DNA of 64,000 bases, from contig CM075978.1 in NCBI GenBank assembly GCA_038087875.1, forward strand, positions 179,862,001-179,926,000. The letters run 5' to 3'. The position numbers and the translations under genes are program-made. Each line of letters opens with the position of its first letter. The stretch's first letter is position 1. This DNA is from Malacoraja senta. Lineage: Eukaryota. Positions 12,075 through 24,360 of the stretch are shown piece after piece. A model generated the notes under the pieces. The model ran no database searches and was not told the DNA's origin. It saw only the letters and a list, made by a program, of their open reading frames with translations.

Positions 12075-13750
12075 TTGATCTTTTGTTCCGCTTCTCTCCA
12101 ACAGGCTTTTACAAAAATGTTTCAAATTATTTGGCCTCAGATCTTCTACAAATCATAAACACGTCCCTTCTCTCAGGTGTCTTCCCAAAGGCCCTGAAAA
12201 CTGCAGTCATCAAGCCACTCTTAAAAAAGGACAATCTAGACACGTCACTAATGTGCAAATGCTGGCCCATATCAAACTTTCCATTTTAAATAAACTTTGA
12301 AAAAGCTGTTTTTCAACAGCTTAACAAATTCTTGTCACTAAACAACTGCTTTGATGTCTTCCAGTCGGGTTTTCGACCGCACCAAAGCACTGAAACTGTT
12401 CTTGTTAAGGTCTTCAATGACATCCACTTATATACAGACAAAATACAGGCAAATTTTCAGTCATCGTATTACTGGATCTCAGTGCTGCATTTGACACAGT
12501 CGACCACACCATATTACTAGACCGATTGGAAAACTGGGTTGGACTTTCTGGTACAGTACTAAACTGCTTTTAATCCTACTTAAAGAACAGGGATTACTTT
12601 GTGTCTTTAGGTAATTACACATCAGAGTGGGCAAATATGACATGTGGAGTTCTGGGGCCTCTTCTGTTTAACATCTACATGCTCCCACTGGTTCAGATTA
12701 TGGAAAACAACGAAATAAGTTACAATAATTATGCAGACGACACAAAAATTTAGATAACTATATCACCAGGGGGACTATGGTCCAATGCAAATACTGAGTA
12801 GGTGCATCGAACAAATCAAGGATTGGCTGTGCCAAAACTTTCTTCAATTAAATGAAGACAAAACTGAGGCCGTTTTTTTTTTAGCCAAAGAGGATCGATT
12901 AAAAGTCAGTGCTCAGCTTCAACCGGCAATGTTATAAACCACGGACAAAGCCAGAACTCTTGGTGTAGTCATGAACTCAGACCTGAACATCAATAGCCAC
13001 TTTACGACAATTACAAAGTCAGCCTACTATAACCTTAAGAATATATCGAGGGTTAAAGGACTAATGGTTTTGCAGGATTTGGAAAAACTTGTCCATGCAT
13101 TTATCTTCAGTAGACTTGACTACCGTAATGCTGTCTTCACAGGTCTCCCCAAAAAAAATCGATTAGACAGCTGCAGCAGATTCAGAAAGCTGCTGCTCGA
13201 GTCCTCTCTAAGACCAAGAAAGTGGATCACATCACTCCAGTTTTGAGGTCTTTACTGTTAAAGAATTGATTTCAAAATATTACTGTTGCTTTATAAATCA
13301 TGCATGGTCTGGGCCAAAATGCATTTCTGGTCTTCTGCTATATTATGAACCATCCAGACCTCTGAGATCGTCAGGGACAGGTCTGCTTTCTGTCCCAAGA
13401 GTCAGAACTAAACTTGGAGAAGCAGCGTTTAGTTTTTATGCACCACATATATGGAACAAACTTCCAGAAAAATGCAGGTCCGCTCCAACTCTCAGTTCTT
13501 TTAAATCGGGGCTGAAGACTTTTCTGTTTGACGTTGCCTTTGATTAAATAAAATAATTATTCATTCTTACACTGCGCTGTAACTTTTATTCTTGTATTTT
13601 ATACTTGTCTTATTTTATTTTAGCTTGTTTTTATTTTCTATTCTTTATAATAACTGTTTTTTAATTACATTGATTGCTCTTTAATACTTTGTATAAAGCA
13701 CTTTGAATTGCCTTGTTGCTGAAATGTGCTATATAAATAAACTTGTTTGC
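12075..13750 (+). mobile_element. 5'-truncated decayed L2-clade LINE (RT C-half and 3' UTR); copy at ~52400-54075
   Basis: LKTAVIKPLLKK, FQSGFRPHQSTET, (D)LSAAFDTVDH, YADDT and RLDY.NA motifs. The 3' end reads gcactttgaattgcc...gtgctatataaataaacttg. Confidence 0.9.
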
Positions 13751-13879
13751 TTGCTCTGAACACTACATGGAAGTCAAAATAAACAATGTCCAATATTAGC
13801 TGAATACACCCTGTACATCCTGAATAATACTCTCAATGGCAAAATGATTTTCTTTCACAAATTCACATTCAGATGCTGA

Positions 13880-15244
13880 CTCATCCTTCTAAATTCCAGT
13901 GAATACAAGCCCAGTCTTTCCAATCTTGCAACAAATGACAGTCCCGCCATCCCACGGATGAACCTTGTGAACCTACCTCAATAGCAAGGATGTTGTTCCT
14001 CAAATTAGGAGACCAAACTGGCACACAATACTCCAGATGTGGTCTCACCAGTGCTCTGTACAACTGCAGAATGACCTCTTTACTCAAATTAATCCTTTAC
14101 CACCTCACTCAAAAGTCACCCTGCAACCTCCTAGCATCCTCTTCGCAGTTCACATTTTTGTGTCATCTGCAAATCTGCTAGTGTTACTTTTAATCCCATC
14201 ATCTAAATCATTAATATATATTGTAAATAGTTGCGGCACTCCACTCGCCACTGCCTGTTAATCTGACAGGTACCCGTTTATTCCTACTCTTTGTTTCCTG
14301 TCTGCGAACCAATTCTCTATCCTTGTCAATATCCTACCCCCAATACCATGTGCTCTAATTTTGCCCACTCATCTCCTGTGTGGAATCGGAGTGAAGCCAG
14401 AACTAAAGTACCTGTTCAACTCTTCTGTCATTTCTTTGTTCCCCATAATAATTTCACCTGTTTCTGCCTTTAAGGGACCCACATTTGTCTTTACTAATCT
14501 TTTTCTCTTAACATACCTAAATAAGCTTTTACTATCCTTCTTTATATTCTTGGCCAGCTTACCCTCGTACTTCATCTTTTTACCGCATATTGCCCTTTTT
14601 GTTACCTTCAGTTGTCCTTTGAAAGTGTTCCAATCCTCTGGCTACCTGCTACTCTTTGCTATGTTATACACCTTTTCCTTTAGTTTTATTCCACCGCTAA
14701 CTTCCCTTGTCAGCCACGGTTGCCTCTTACTCCCCTTAGAATCTTTCTTCCTCTTTGGAATGAAATGATCCTGCATCTTCTGGATTATGTCCAGAAATTC
14801 CTATCATTCCTGTTCCACCGTCATTCCTGCTAGGATCCCTTTCCAGTCGACCTTGGTCAGCTCCTCTCTCATGCTTTAATAGTCCCATTTGTTTAACTGC
14901 AACACTGACACTTTTGATTTAACCTTCTCCCTCTCAAATTGCAGATTAAACCATATCATATTATGATCACCACCTCCTAGCGGTTCCTTTACATTAAGTT
15001 CCCTTATTAAATCTGGTTCATTGGACAACACTAAATCCAGAATTGCCTTCTCTCTGGTAGGCTCCAGTCCAAGCTGCTCTAAGAATCCATCTTGTATGCA
15101 CTCTACAAACTCCCTTTCTTGGCGTCCAAAACCAACCTGATTTTCCCAGTCTACCTGCATATTGAAATCTCCCATAACCACAGTGGCATTACCTTTGTTA
15201 CTTGCCAATTTTAACTCCTGCTGCAACTTGCACGTATCTCCAGG
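13880..15244 (-). mobile_element. Older CR1 LINE with internal deletions (RT and APE C-half), left part of an element split by a younger CR1; copy at 54205-55569
   Basis: [27 protein letters not shown] and VVMGDFNMQVDW..EFVEC..DGFLEQ. Confidence 0.9.
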
Positions 15245-17840
15245 AGAAATGGGAAAGATGTAGCAACACTTATAGGGGTGTATTATAGACTGCCTAATGG
15301 GGAGCGAGAATTGGAAGAACAAATATGTAAGGAGATAGCAGATATTAGTAGTAAGCACAAGGTAGTGATTGTGGGAGATTTCAATTTTCCACACATAGGC
15401 TGGGAAACACATTCTGTAAAAGGGCTGGATGGTTTGGAGTTTGTAAAATGTGTGCAGGATCGTTTTTTGCAGCAATACATAGAGGCACCTACTAGAGAAG
15501 GGGCAGTGCTGGACGTCCTGTTAGGAAATGAGACAGGTCAGGTGGCGGAGGTATGTTTTGGGGAGCACTTCGGGTCCAGTGATCACAATACCATTAGTTT
15601 CAATATAATTATGGAGAAGGTCAGAACTGGACCAGGGGTTGAGGTTTTTGATTGGAGAAAGGCTAACTTTGAGGAGATGCGAAAGGATTTAAAAGGAGTG
15701 AATTGGGAGATTTTGTTTTATGGGAAGGATGTAGAAGAGAAATGGAGGACATTTAAAGGTGAAATTTTAAGAGTACAGAATTTTTATGTCCCTGTTCGGT
15801 TGAAAGGAAAGAGTAATAATTGGAAAGAGCCATGGTTTTCAAGGGAAATTGGACACGGTTCGGAAAAAGAGAGAGATCTACAATAATTATAGGCAGCATG
15901 GAGTAAATGAGGTGCTTGAGGAGTATAAAGAATGTAAAAAGAATCTTAAGAAAGAAATTAGAAAAGCTGAAAGAAGATATGAGGTTGCTTTGGAAAGTAA
16001 GATGAAAGTAAATCCAAAGGGTTTCTACAGCTATATTAATAGCAAAAGGATATCGAGGGATAAAATTGGTCCATTAGAGAGTCAGAGTGGACAGCTATCT
16101 GCAGAGCCAAAAGAGATGGTGGAGATATTGAACAATTTATTTTCGTCAGTATTCACCAAGGGGAAGGATATTGAACTATGTGAGGTTAGGGAAACAAGTA
16201 GAGTAGCTATGGAAACTATGAGGATCAAAGAAGAGGAAGTACTGACTCTTTAAAAAAATATAAACGTGGATAAGTCTCCGGGTCCTGACAGGATATTCCC
16301 TAGGAGATTGAGGGAAGTTAGTGTAGAAATAGCAGCGGCTATGACAGAAATATTTCAAATGTCATTAGAAACGGGAATGGTGCCGGAGGATTGGCGTACT
16401 GCGCATGTTGTTCCATTGTTTAAAAAGGGTTCTAAGAGTAAACCTGCCAATTATAGACCTGTTAGTTTGACGTCAGTGGTGGGAAAATTAATGGAAAGGA
16501 AACTTAGAGATAATATATATAATCATCTGGATAAACAGGGTCTGATTAGGAACAGTCAACATGGATTTGTGCCTGGAAGGTCATGTTTGACTAATCTTCT
16601 TGAATTTTTTGAAGAGGTTACTAGGGAAATTGATGAGGGTAAAGCGGTGCATGTTGTCTATATGGACTTCATTAAGGCCTTTGACAAGGTTCCACATGGA
16701 AGGTTGGTTAAGAAGGTTCAATTGTTGGGTATTAATAGTGGAGTAGCAAGATGGATTCAACAGTGGCTGAATGGGAGATACCAGAGAGTAATGGTGGATA
16801 ACTGTTTGTCAGGTTGGAGGCTGGTGACTAGTGGGGTGCCTCAGGGATCTGTGTTGGGTTCACTGTTGTTTGTCATATACATCAATGATCTGGATGATGG
16901 TGTGGTAAATTGGATTAGTAAGTATGCAGATGATACTAAGATAGGTGGTGTTGTGGATAATGAAGTAGATTTTCAAAGTCTACAGAGAGATTTAGGCCAT
17001 TTGGAAGAGTGGGCTGAAAGATGGCAGATGGAGTTTAATGCTGATAAGTGTGAGGTGCTACATCTTGGCAGGACAAATCAAAATAGGACGTACATGGTAA
17101 ATGGTAGCGAATTGAGGAATGCAGTTGAACAGAGGGATCTAGGAATAACTGTGCATAGTTCCCTGAAGGTGGAATCTCATGTAGATAGGGTGGTAAAGAA
17201 AGCTTTTGGTGTGCTGGCCTTTATAAATCAGAGCATTGAGTATAGAAGTTGGGATGTAATGTTAAAATTGTACAAGGCATTGGTGAGGCCAATTCTGGGG
17301 TATGATGTACAATTTTGGTCGCCAAATTTTAGGAAAGATGTCAACAAAATAGAGAGAGTACAGAGGAGATTTACTAGAATGTTGTCTGGGTTTCAGCACC
17401 TAAGTTACAGAGAAAGGTTGAACAAGTTAGGTCTTTATTCTTTGGAGCGCAGAAGGTTAAGGGGGGACTTGATAGAGGTCTTTAAAATTATGAGAGGGAT
17501 AGACAGAGTTGACGCGGATAAGCTTTTCCATTGAGAGTAGGGAAGATTCAAACAAGAGGACATAGTTTGAGAATTAAGGGACAAAAGTTTAGGGGTAACA
17601 TGAGGGGGAACTTCTTTACTCAGAGAGTGGTAGCTGTGTGGAATGAGCATCCAGTGGAAGTGGTGGAGGCAGGTTCGATTTTATCATTTAAAAATAAATT
17701 GGATAGGTATATGGACGGAAAAGGAATGGAGGGTTATGGTCTGTGTGCAGGTAGATGGGACTAGGTGAGAGTAAGTGTTCGGCACGGACTAGAAGGGTCG
17801 AGATGGCCTGTTTTCGTGCTGTAATTGTTGTATGGTTATA
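15245..17840 (+). mobile_element. Younger 5'-truncated CR1 LINE (APE + RT ORF2 broken by two frameshifts and an in-frame stop); copy at 55570-58165
   Basis: ORFs 15278-15886, 15849-16253, 16266-17534 and 17531-17764 contain VGDFN, SDHN, KSPGPD, QHGF, DF.KAFD and YADD, followed by a CR1 3' UTR. Confidence 0.97.
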
Positions 17841-18050
17841 TACTGTTTGGGGGCCTGTAGATAACTCCCATCAGTGTCTTCTTAGCTTTACAATTGCTCA
17901 ATTCTATCCACAGCGAATCGACATCATCAGTCCCTATGTCACCCCTCGCAGGGGACTGAATTTCATCCCTCACCAACAGAGCCACCCCACCTTCTCCGCC
18001 CACCTTCCTGTCCTTTCCATAGGACGTATAACCCTGAATATTCAGAATAT
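17841..18050 (-). mobile_element. Right part (APE N-half) of the older CR1; copy at 58166-58375
   Basis: Minus strand reads LNIQGYTSYGKDRKVGGEGGVALLVRDEI...LWIELSNCKAKKTLMGVIYRPPNS, which continues into CKLQQELKL at 15244. Confidence 0.9.
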
Positions 18051-18442
18051 TCCGTGAAATAATCCTGATTAGCCGTTCAAACTACTGTATTACAATCCCA
18101 ACAGTATTATATTCCAGCATTTCCCAAATGCTACAGCCTTGCAAATACTCGTTTTCTCAATCTTATTCTGTTTTTAAATAGTGGGATAACAGTTTCTACA
18201 TTTTTTTTAGAATTGTTTGAGATCACTAGGACTTTTGCGCGACTGACAAAATCATCCATGATTTCGTTTCCACATGTGGTATTAATAGACGTAATAAGAA
18301 ATTGCTGGAGAGGATTCTGAGATATAATATCGACATATTTGAATAAAGAGGGGATGAGTAGACATAACCAGGATGGTTAGCTACATGTGAGATTGTGTCC
18401 CACAAATTTGATTGAGTTTCCTGAAGAAATAACCAAGAACAT

Positions 18443-18724
18443 GAGCGGCAAGGTGGTTTAGCGGTAGAGCTACTGCCTTACAGAGACCTGGGTTCGATCC
18501 TGACCGCGGGTGCTTCACGGAGTTTGTACTTCTCCCCGTGACCTGCGTGTATTTTCTCCAAGATCTTAGGTTTCCTCTCACACTCCAAATACGTAGAAGT
18601 TTGAAGGTTAATTGGCTTGGAATCAATGTAAAACGTGTCACCAGTATGTGCAGGATAATGTTAATGTGCGGTCGTAGGTCGGCGCGGACTCGGTGGGCCA
18701 AAGAACGCTGTATCTCGAAACTAA
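18443..18724 (+). mobile_element. tRNA-derived V-SINE (HE1-like); copy at 58767-59048
   Basis: Pol III A box (tggtttagcgg), B box (ggttcgatcc), central ttctccccgtgacctgcgtg...tttcctc.cacactccaaa domain and a CR1-like tail. Confidence 0.8.
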
Positions 18725-18744
18725 GGACAAGGCTGCAGAAGGGC

Positions 18745-18965
18745 CTTTGATACTGTTTTGCATCATATTATCTACATCACTGGTGACCATCGGACTATCT
18801 TTGATTCGGACTTTGCTGGCTTTACCTTGCACTAAACGTTATTCTCGTAACATTTACCTCCACACTAAATGGGTCAATTGTAATCATGTATTGCCTTTCC
18901 GCTGACTGGATAACAAGCAACAAAAGCTTTTCACTGTACCTCGGTACACGTGACAATAAACTAAA
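18745..18965 (+). mobile_element. Non-LTR retroelement 3'-UTR fragment (possibly Rex1/Babar type); copy at ~59070-59290
   Basis: Ends aaagcttttcactgtacctcggtacacgtgacaataaactaaa. The family assignment is from recall only. Confidence 0.4.
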
Positions 18966-19639
18966 GTGAAACTTATGGCTGACTATATTCCTTCATATCA
19001 ACCAGAATAAAAAATAAAAAGGGGAGAATGCGGAGTCAAATATTTTATTGATAAACATTACTCCAGATGCGTGAAGTTAATAAAAAGTGATATTTTCTTT
19101 TAATTCTGGCTCCGTTTTGCGCAAACTGTTCACGACTCTGAAATACATCGTTCAACGTTTATCAAGAGAGAAATAAAAATCGTTTTTTGACATGTGTTTC
19201 AATTACAGATTAAAGTGAAAGAAAATTGCCATATCATTCCCCTAATCCAATAAAATTGAAATAGCCAGTGTGGAACAACCAAAGAACACATATATATTTC
19301 ACACCGAGCAGACGAAATTCTTGATCATCATTTTCATATTAGATAATATGTAATCAGCAGAACGAATGCACTTGATAATGTTAGGAATTCACTTACAGTT
19401 TTCAAAGTTTTGCTTAAGTCATGAATACCGCGCATTAGAAACTGATCAGTTAATAGTTATACGAGCACAACCACCAATCAGTATTGTTTCCATAAACGAT
19501 GTTTTGCACGCATAAACTATTTATTCGCGTTGTTCAATCCGCCGTAAGATGATTACGTTGGTCGGTCGTTAGAGAAGCGAAGCTGTTCTAACGGCTGGGA
19601 ATGATTATCTGAGCTGTGTGAAGTTGAAGGATGCAATGA

Positions 19640-20043
19640 GTCTTTCGGCGATCGTTTCGCTGAACACCTCCGCTTAGTCCGCCTTAACCTACCTGATTTC
19701 CCGGTTGCTCAGCACTTTAACTTCCCCTCCCATTCCCAATCTGACCTTTCTGTCCTGGGGCTACTCCATTGTCAGAGCGAGGCCCAGCGCAAACTTCTAC
19801 TTCTATAACTTCAAATAGCCCTTGCTTTCCCTCTCTCTCCATCTCATCCCCTTTCCCAGTTCTCCCACCAGTCTTACTGACTCCGACTACATTCTATCTC
19901 TGTCCCGCCCATTCCCCTGACATCAGTCTGAAGAAGGGTCTCGACCCGAAACGTCACCCATTCCTCCTCTCCAGAGATGCTGCCTGTCTCGCTGAGTTAC
20001 TCCAGCACCTTCGAATTATCCCAGCATCTGCAGTTCTTTCCTA
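19640..20043 (+). mobile_element. Penelope-like element 3' fragment (GIY-YIG C-terminus and terminal region); copy at 61384-61787
   Basis: ggcgatcgtttcgctgaacacctccgc encodes GDRFAEHLR, as in the fragment at 36330-36800. Confidence 0.8.
19928..19955 (+). ncRNA. Minimal type-I hammerhead ribozyme-like motif (copy at 61672-61699)
   Basis: CUGAAGA-A-[GGGUC UC GACCC]-GAAA-CGUC, with palindromic ACGU as helix III. It lies within the PLE terminus. Confidence 0.6.
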
Positions 20044-20854
20044 GACGATCCAACGAGAATCCGGCTTGATCAACGCTCGGTCCCAGTGCCTCTGCCCAAC
20101 CGCCCACTGAATCACGACCGGGAACACAAGTGATCACAAGTGACATATAAGCAGATGCTGATCGATGGAGCACACGTTCGAGTCAACAACCAGCGTATCG
20201 TGCATTTATTTTATGCAGTCTGCGAAAAAATCCTACTTACTATTGATAAATTGATTTTGAATATCGATGACAGTTCAAACGATGCAAAAAATTGGTATTA
20301 ACGAACTACATTGTGGACATAAATGGGGCATGTCTGCTTGAAATCTTGCCAATTTTCTGTGTCGTCATTTCTATGTCTTATATGATCGAGAATGAAATTT
20401 AAGATTGAGAGTAGGAGTAAAGCACGCACTAAGAAGAATAAAATTTAAATGATAATTTCCACTACTTTGCTACGTGCGGCCGATTTGATTTTAGAAGACG
20501 TTCGAAATCCAACCAGTCAAATTATATTTGCAACCTTCGGTTACAGGATATGAATCATCCTTCATCGGCTGTAAACCACGCCTCACTTTACATTTGCCAA
20601 CGCTGCTTTCTGCAGACAAACTAGTTGTAGCTGGTGGCCGGAATGGAAACCAGTATGATATTTCACTTACTGCCAGTCGTTGGGAATATTTGCAGAGGTA
20701 CGACTTTGATCGTTGTTCCATCTGCTTTGGTTGTAAAATAATTACAGACACGTTGACACCTTAATGTAGCTACTTGTAAGGTTGTCCCTTTTATTCTACC
20801 GTCCGTATGCCGTCATCAACATAATCACCTTTCCGTGACTGTGTTTCCTAACAG

Positions 20855-21149
20855 GTGGGGAACAGATTTCAAACAACTTACAGCAAATGCCCAAAGAAGT
20901 GATTTTACACAAAGGAGGGAACACCACATTCTACTGCATATTCCCTATTTCTCGAGACCAATCTCGGGTAATAGTCAAATGGTGGAAACAAGGCGAGAAT
21001 GAATGCCAACGTGCAAGTACCGACGACAGGAAAAGTTTTGGCGTGAGTGGTCGAGCAAGCGGGTACTTTGAGTTGAAGAATGCAAAGATCCAAGATTCGT
21101 ATAGGAATGGCTCCAAGAAATTCAACCGGATCACGTCTAATAGTATATG
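20855..21149 (+). pseudogene. VJ-type IgV exon of paralogue A, disrupted by a net 26-nt deletion that removes the F-strand YWC
   Basis: Acceptor tttcctaacAG and donor GTAAGC. Phase-1 reading gives GEQISNNLQQMPKEVILHKGGNTTFYC..KWW..FELKNAKIQDS, then a frameshift. Aligns to V exon B. Confidence 0.9.
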
Positions 21150-21734
21150 GTAAGCGAAAAATAATTGGAGAAGGGAGAATTCATTGTGGAATATAATGGT
21201 TTGGTAAACCGAATCACTGTGAAGATGTCCTTTAATGCCTTTTGTGTATGTTATGTTCAGTATATCTGTTCTATCGCTCTATCTACATTCTGCGAACAAG
21301 AGGGTTGAAACTCCGCATGCCTATCCTCCTTTATGAAATTCGGCTCCACTTCACTCATCTCGCCAAAATTGGAAACGCGACGTGCGATTTTATAAAATCA
21401 AATTAATATTTTTAAAATTCCTTCAAAGTTCATCATGGATCTCTAACCTATGAAAGTCCAATAAGTGCAAGAAAATATTTCCTTGAATGTTCATTGAGTT
21501 GCAGTCGGTTGAATTGTGCAGTTTTGCCCAAACCAGGATGCAATCGCTCCAGTGTTGTCAGCATTAACTGAAAGTGAACAAATGCCCATGTTCTACTTCT
21601 TTAGTTGGAGAATGTTACTCAGATCACATATTTTAAATGACCTTGGCCAATTCACTCTGGCATCACCTAATTAATCTCCCTAAATTTTATAATTCTGACG
21701 TGAAGCGCAATGGAACTTAATATACAAAGTTCGT

Positions 21735-22460
21735 AAATTCATTTCGTTGCCTGCAGTCATACATATAATAATAAATGACAAAACACACAATAAACACAAA
21801 TTAACATCCACCACAGTGAGTTCACCAGGTACCTCCTCACTGTGATGGAGGCAAAAGTCTTAAAGTCTCTGTCTCTTCCCGCTTTCTTCTCCCTCTGCGC
21901 TGAGGCGATCCAGGCTTCTGATGCTGTGGCCCCGCCGGGCGACGGTAAGCCAGTCCAGCGGCCGAATCCGTGCTCCGCGACGGGCCGGCTCAAACTCCGC
22001 GGCCCGGGGTGGTCGAAGCTGCCGAAGCTACCGCCCTCCAGTCCAGCGGACGCAGCTGTAGTTGCGGGAGCCCCAGAAAAACAGGTCACCAACCTGTGAC
22101 CTGCGCGCTCCCGACGATGTCGTCGGGCCGAGCCTCCGGATTCAGGTCGCCACCAGTGTCCTCGGTCGCCACCGCCGGAACGCCACCGCAGCCCCGAAGT
22201 TGGCCAGCCTCGCGCTCCCGAAGATGCCGTCCACTGGGCCAGCTGCGGCCGAGCCTCCGGATTCAGGTCGCCACCGCCGGAACGCCACCGCAGCTCCGAA
22301 GCCGGCCAGCCTCGCGCTCCCGAAGATGTCGTCCACTGGGCCAGCTGCGGCCGAGCCTCCGGATTCAGGTCGCCACCAGTGTCCTCGGTCGCCACCGCCG
22401 GAACGCCACCGCCACCGCCGGAACGCCACCACAGCCCCGAAGTTGGCCAGCCTCGCGCTG
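21735..22460 (-). mobile_element. GC/CpG-rich non-autonomous retroelement-like insertion with an internal 102/121-bp VNTR; copy at 63479-64000 (truncated)
   Basis: gagcctccggattcaggtcgccacc recurs at 22130, 22251 and 22353. The AT-rich tail-like end lies at the left. It is absent from paralogue B's V-C1 intron. Confidence 0.6.
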
Positions 22461-22489
22461 GTAAGCATAGTCATAGGAGCAGACTAAGA

Positions 22490-22930
22490 CAATTCGACCC
22501 ATAGAGGCTACTGGGCCTTTCAATCATGGCTGGTCAATATTTCCATTTCAACCTCATTTTCCTGTATTCGACTGATAACCTTTCACATACATACTAAATC
22601 AATAATCAATACATACAAATACTGTCCACATCCATTCTATCCAGGTCTTTCACTATTTGGTAAGTTTCAATAAGGTCCCCCCCATATACCTCTAAACTAC
22701 AGATTGTATAGGCCCAGAACCGTCAATCGCTCAATATACGTTTACCCAATCGTCCCCTGGATAATTCTCGTAAATATCCTCTGAACTCTTTTCAACGCCA
22801 GAACACCCCTCCTCAGATATGAGGGCCCAAAACTGTTTACAATACTCAAACGCGGTCTGACGATTGCCTTATGAAGCCTCAGCATTACATCACTGTTTTT
22901 GTTTATATTCCATTCCTCTCACAATAAATG
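22490..22930 (-). mobile_element. Degenerate CR1 3' fragment
   Basis: Similar to the reverse complement of CR1 3' RT/UTR elsewhere in the window. Confidence 0.6.
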
Positions 22931-23014
22931 CTAACGTTTTTAGTTACCATATATTCGATTTTAAAGAGGTTGATAAACATCTGCTATTGTATTGGGAAAT
23001 TATGATAAATCAAT

Positions 23015-23500
23015 GTCAATAGACAATAGACAATAGGTGGAGGAGTAGGACATTCGGCCCCCTTCGAGTCAGCACCGCCATTCTCTGTGATCATGGTTGA
23101 TCTTACACAATCAGTACCCTGTTCCTGCCATCTCCCCATATCCCTTGACTCCACTATCTTTAATAGCTATATCTAACTCTCTCTTGAAAGCATCCAGAAA
23201 ATCGGCCTCCACTGTCTTCTGAGGTAGAGAATTCCACAGATTCACTACTCTGGGTGAAAAAGGTTTTCCTCATCTCGGTTCTAAATGGCCAACGCCTTAT
23301 TCTTAAACTGCGGCCCCTGGTACTGGACTCCACCAACATCGGCAAAATGTTTCCTGTCTATAACATGTCCAATCCATTAATAATCTTCTATGTTTCAATA
23401 AGATCCACCCTCATCCTTCTACATTTCAGTGTATACAAGTCGCAGTATACAGTCACTCCATTCTTTCAACATAGGACTGTCCCGCCATCCCGGGAGTTAA
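23015..23500 (-). mobile_element. CR1 3' fragment with (ACAATAG) tail
   Basis: caatagacaatagacaatagg...; minus strand STRGRSLRIRRWPFRTEMRKTFFTQ. Confidence 0.85.
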
Positions 23501-23689
23501 CCTTCGTCACAAAAATAGTGTCGAAATATTAGCAGAGTAAAACACAAATCCTGCCACCTATTCACATTACAATAGTAGAAGAAAAGGAAACGTACGTCTC
23601 AAGAACATTCACTTGAAAACGTTTCTCATCATAAACACGGTCTGAACATATTGCTACTACGGAGTCTCAGAGTTGCACAGCACAGGAAC

Positions 23690-24360
23690 AGCCTTCCGGT
23701 CCGCCACGTCCATCCGACCTATTTTTCCATCTAGACGAATTCAATTTTTAGGCCCTTAGCTACTACGAGTTGCCTATTAGAATGTCTGTGAATTCCTATT
23801 AACCTGGTGATTTTATCTGACTACAGCACCTACGCTGGATGCCAATTGCAGATAGCAACCTCTCTGTGTAAAAATCGTCCTTTCAGATTCCCTTTGAAAA
23901 CCCCTGTCCTTTAATTTTGGCATAAGCCTTCTACGATGGAAAAAAAACGTTCCATGTATCGTCCATTTATGCTTCTTGTAACTTGATATACGTCCACCAG
24001 ATCACACCACGGTTGTGTTCGCACCAGGGAAACAAACCGGGCTCAATCCCGGCAAATTCAAAATTCATACGGAATCTCTTCTGTACCTCCCCCCCTTCCC
24101 CTCCAAGGACAACCACGACGGGGACAATCACGACTTTCGTACAATGTGGAATCCAGAACTGCCGCGAAAACTCTAAATGTTAATTTAACGCTTTTGGTAA
24201 AGTTCTTACATAAGGTCCCAACATTTATATTTTATGTCCTCGCCTATGAAGGTATGTCGTCTGCACCATCTTGCCTATCCCTGTTGCCATATTCGCGGAA
24301 CCTTGGAGTTGAATCCAAAGGTCTCTCCATTGATCAACATTCCTTAGCGCTCTAATATAT
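23690..24360 (-). mobile_element. Old CR1 fragments
   Basis: Degenerate CR1 RT/3'-UTR similarity. Confidence 0.45.

Larger units (their letters stand above)
1..22260. repeat. Copy 1 of a near-identical ~40.3-kb-period duplication (partner 40319-64000)
   Basis: Position 1 matches 40319. ORF translations are nearly identical at offsets 40314-40325 up to 19535, and at offset 41744 after the extra L1 in copy 2. Only scattered SNPs and indels are seen. Confidence 0.97.

Noticed and set aside
13880-17840. Twin-priming 5' inversion of a single CR1
   Set aside because: The minus-strand parts belong to a different, older element that continues on the far side at 17841-18050, so this is a nested insertion.
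15245-17840. Active autonomous LINE
   Set aside because: It is 5'-truncated, and ORF2 is broken by frameshifts and a stop. No retroelement in the window is full length.
18443-18520. tRNA gene
   Set aside because: A and B boxes are present, but there is no cloverleaf and it continues into a SINE body and tail.
21215-21221. CACTGTG heptamer downstream of V exon A (also ~35130) as an RSS
   Set aside because: It is intronic, not abutting the coding end, and has no nonamer at 12/23-nt spacing.
21757-22487. Overlapping 110-212-aa ORFs on both strands
   Set aside because: A by-product of GC-rich tandem repeats, with no recognisable domain.
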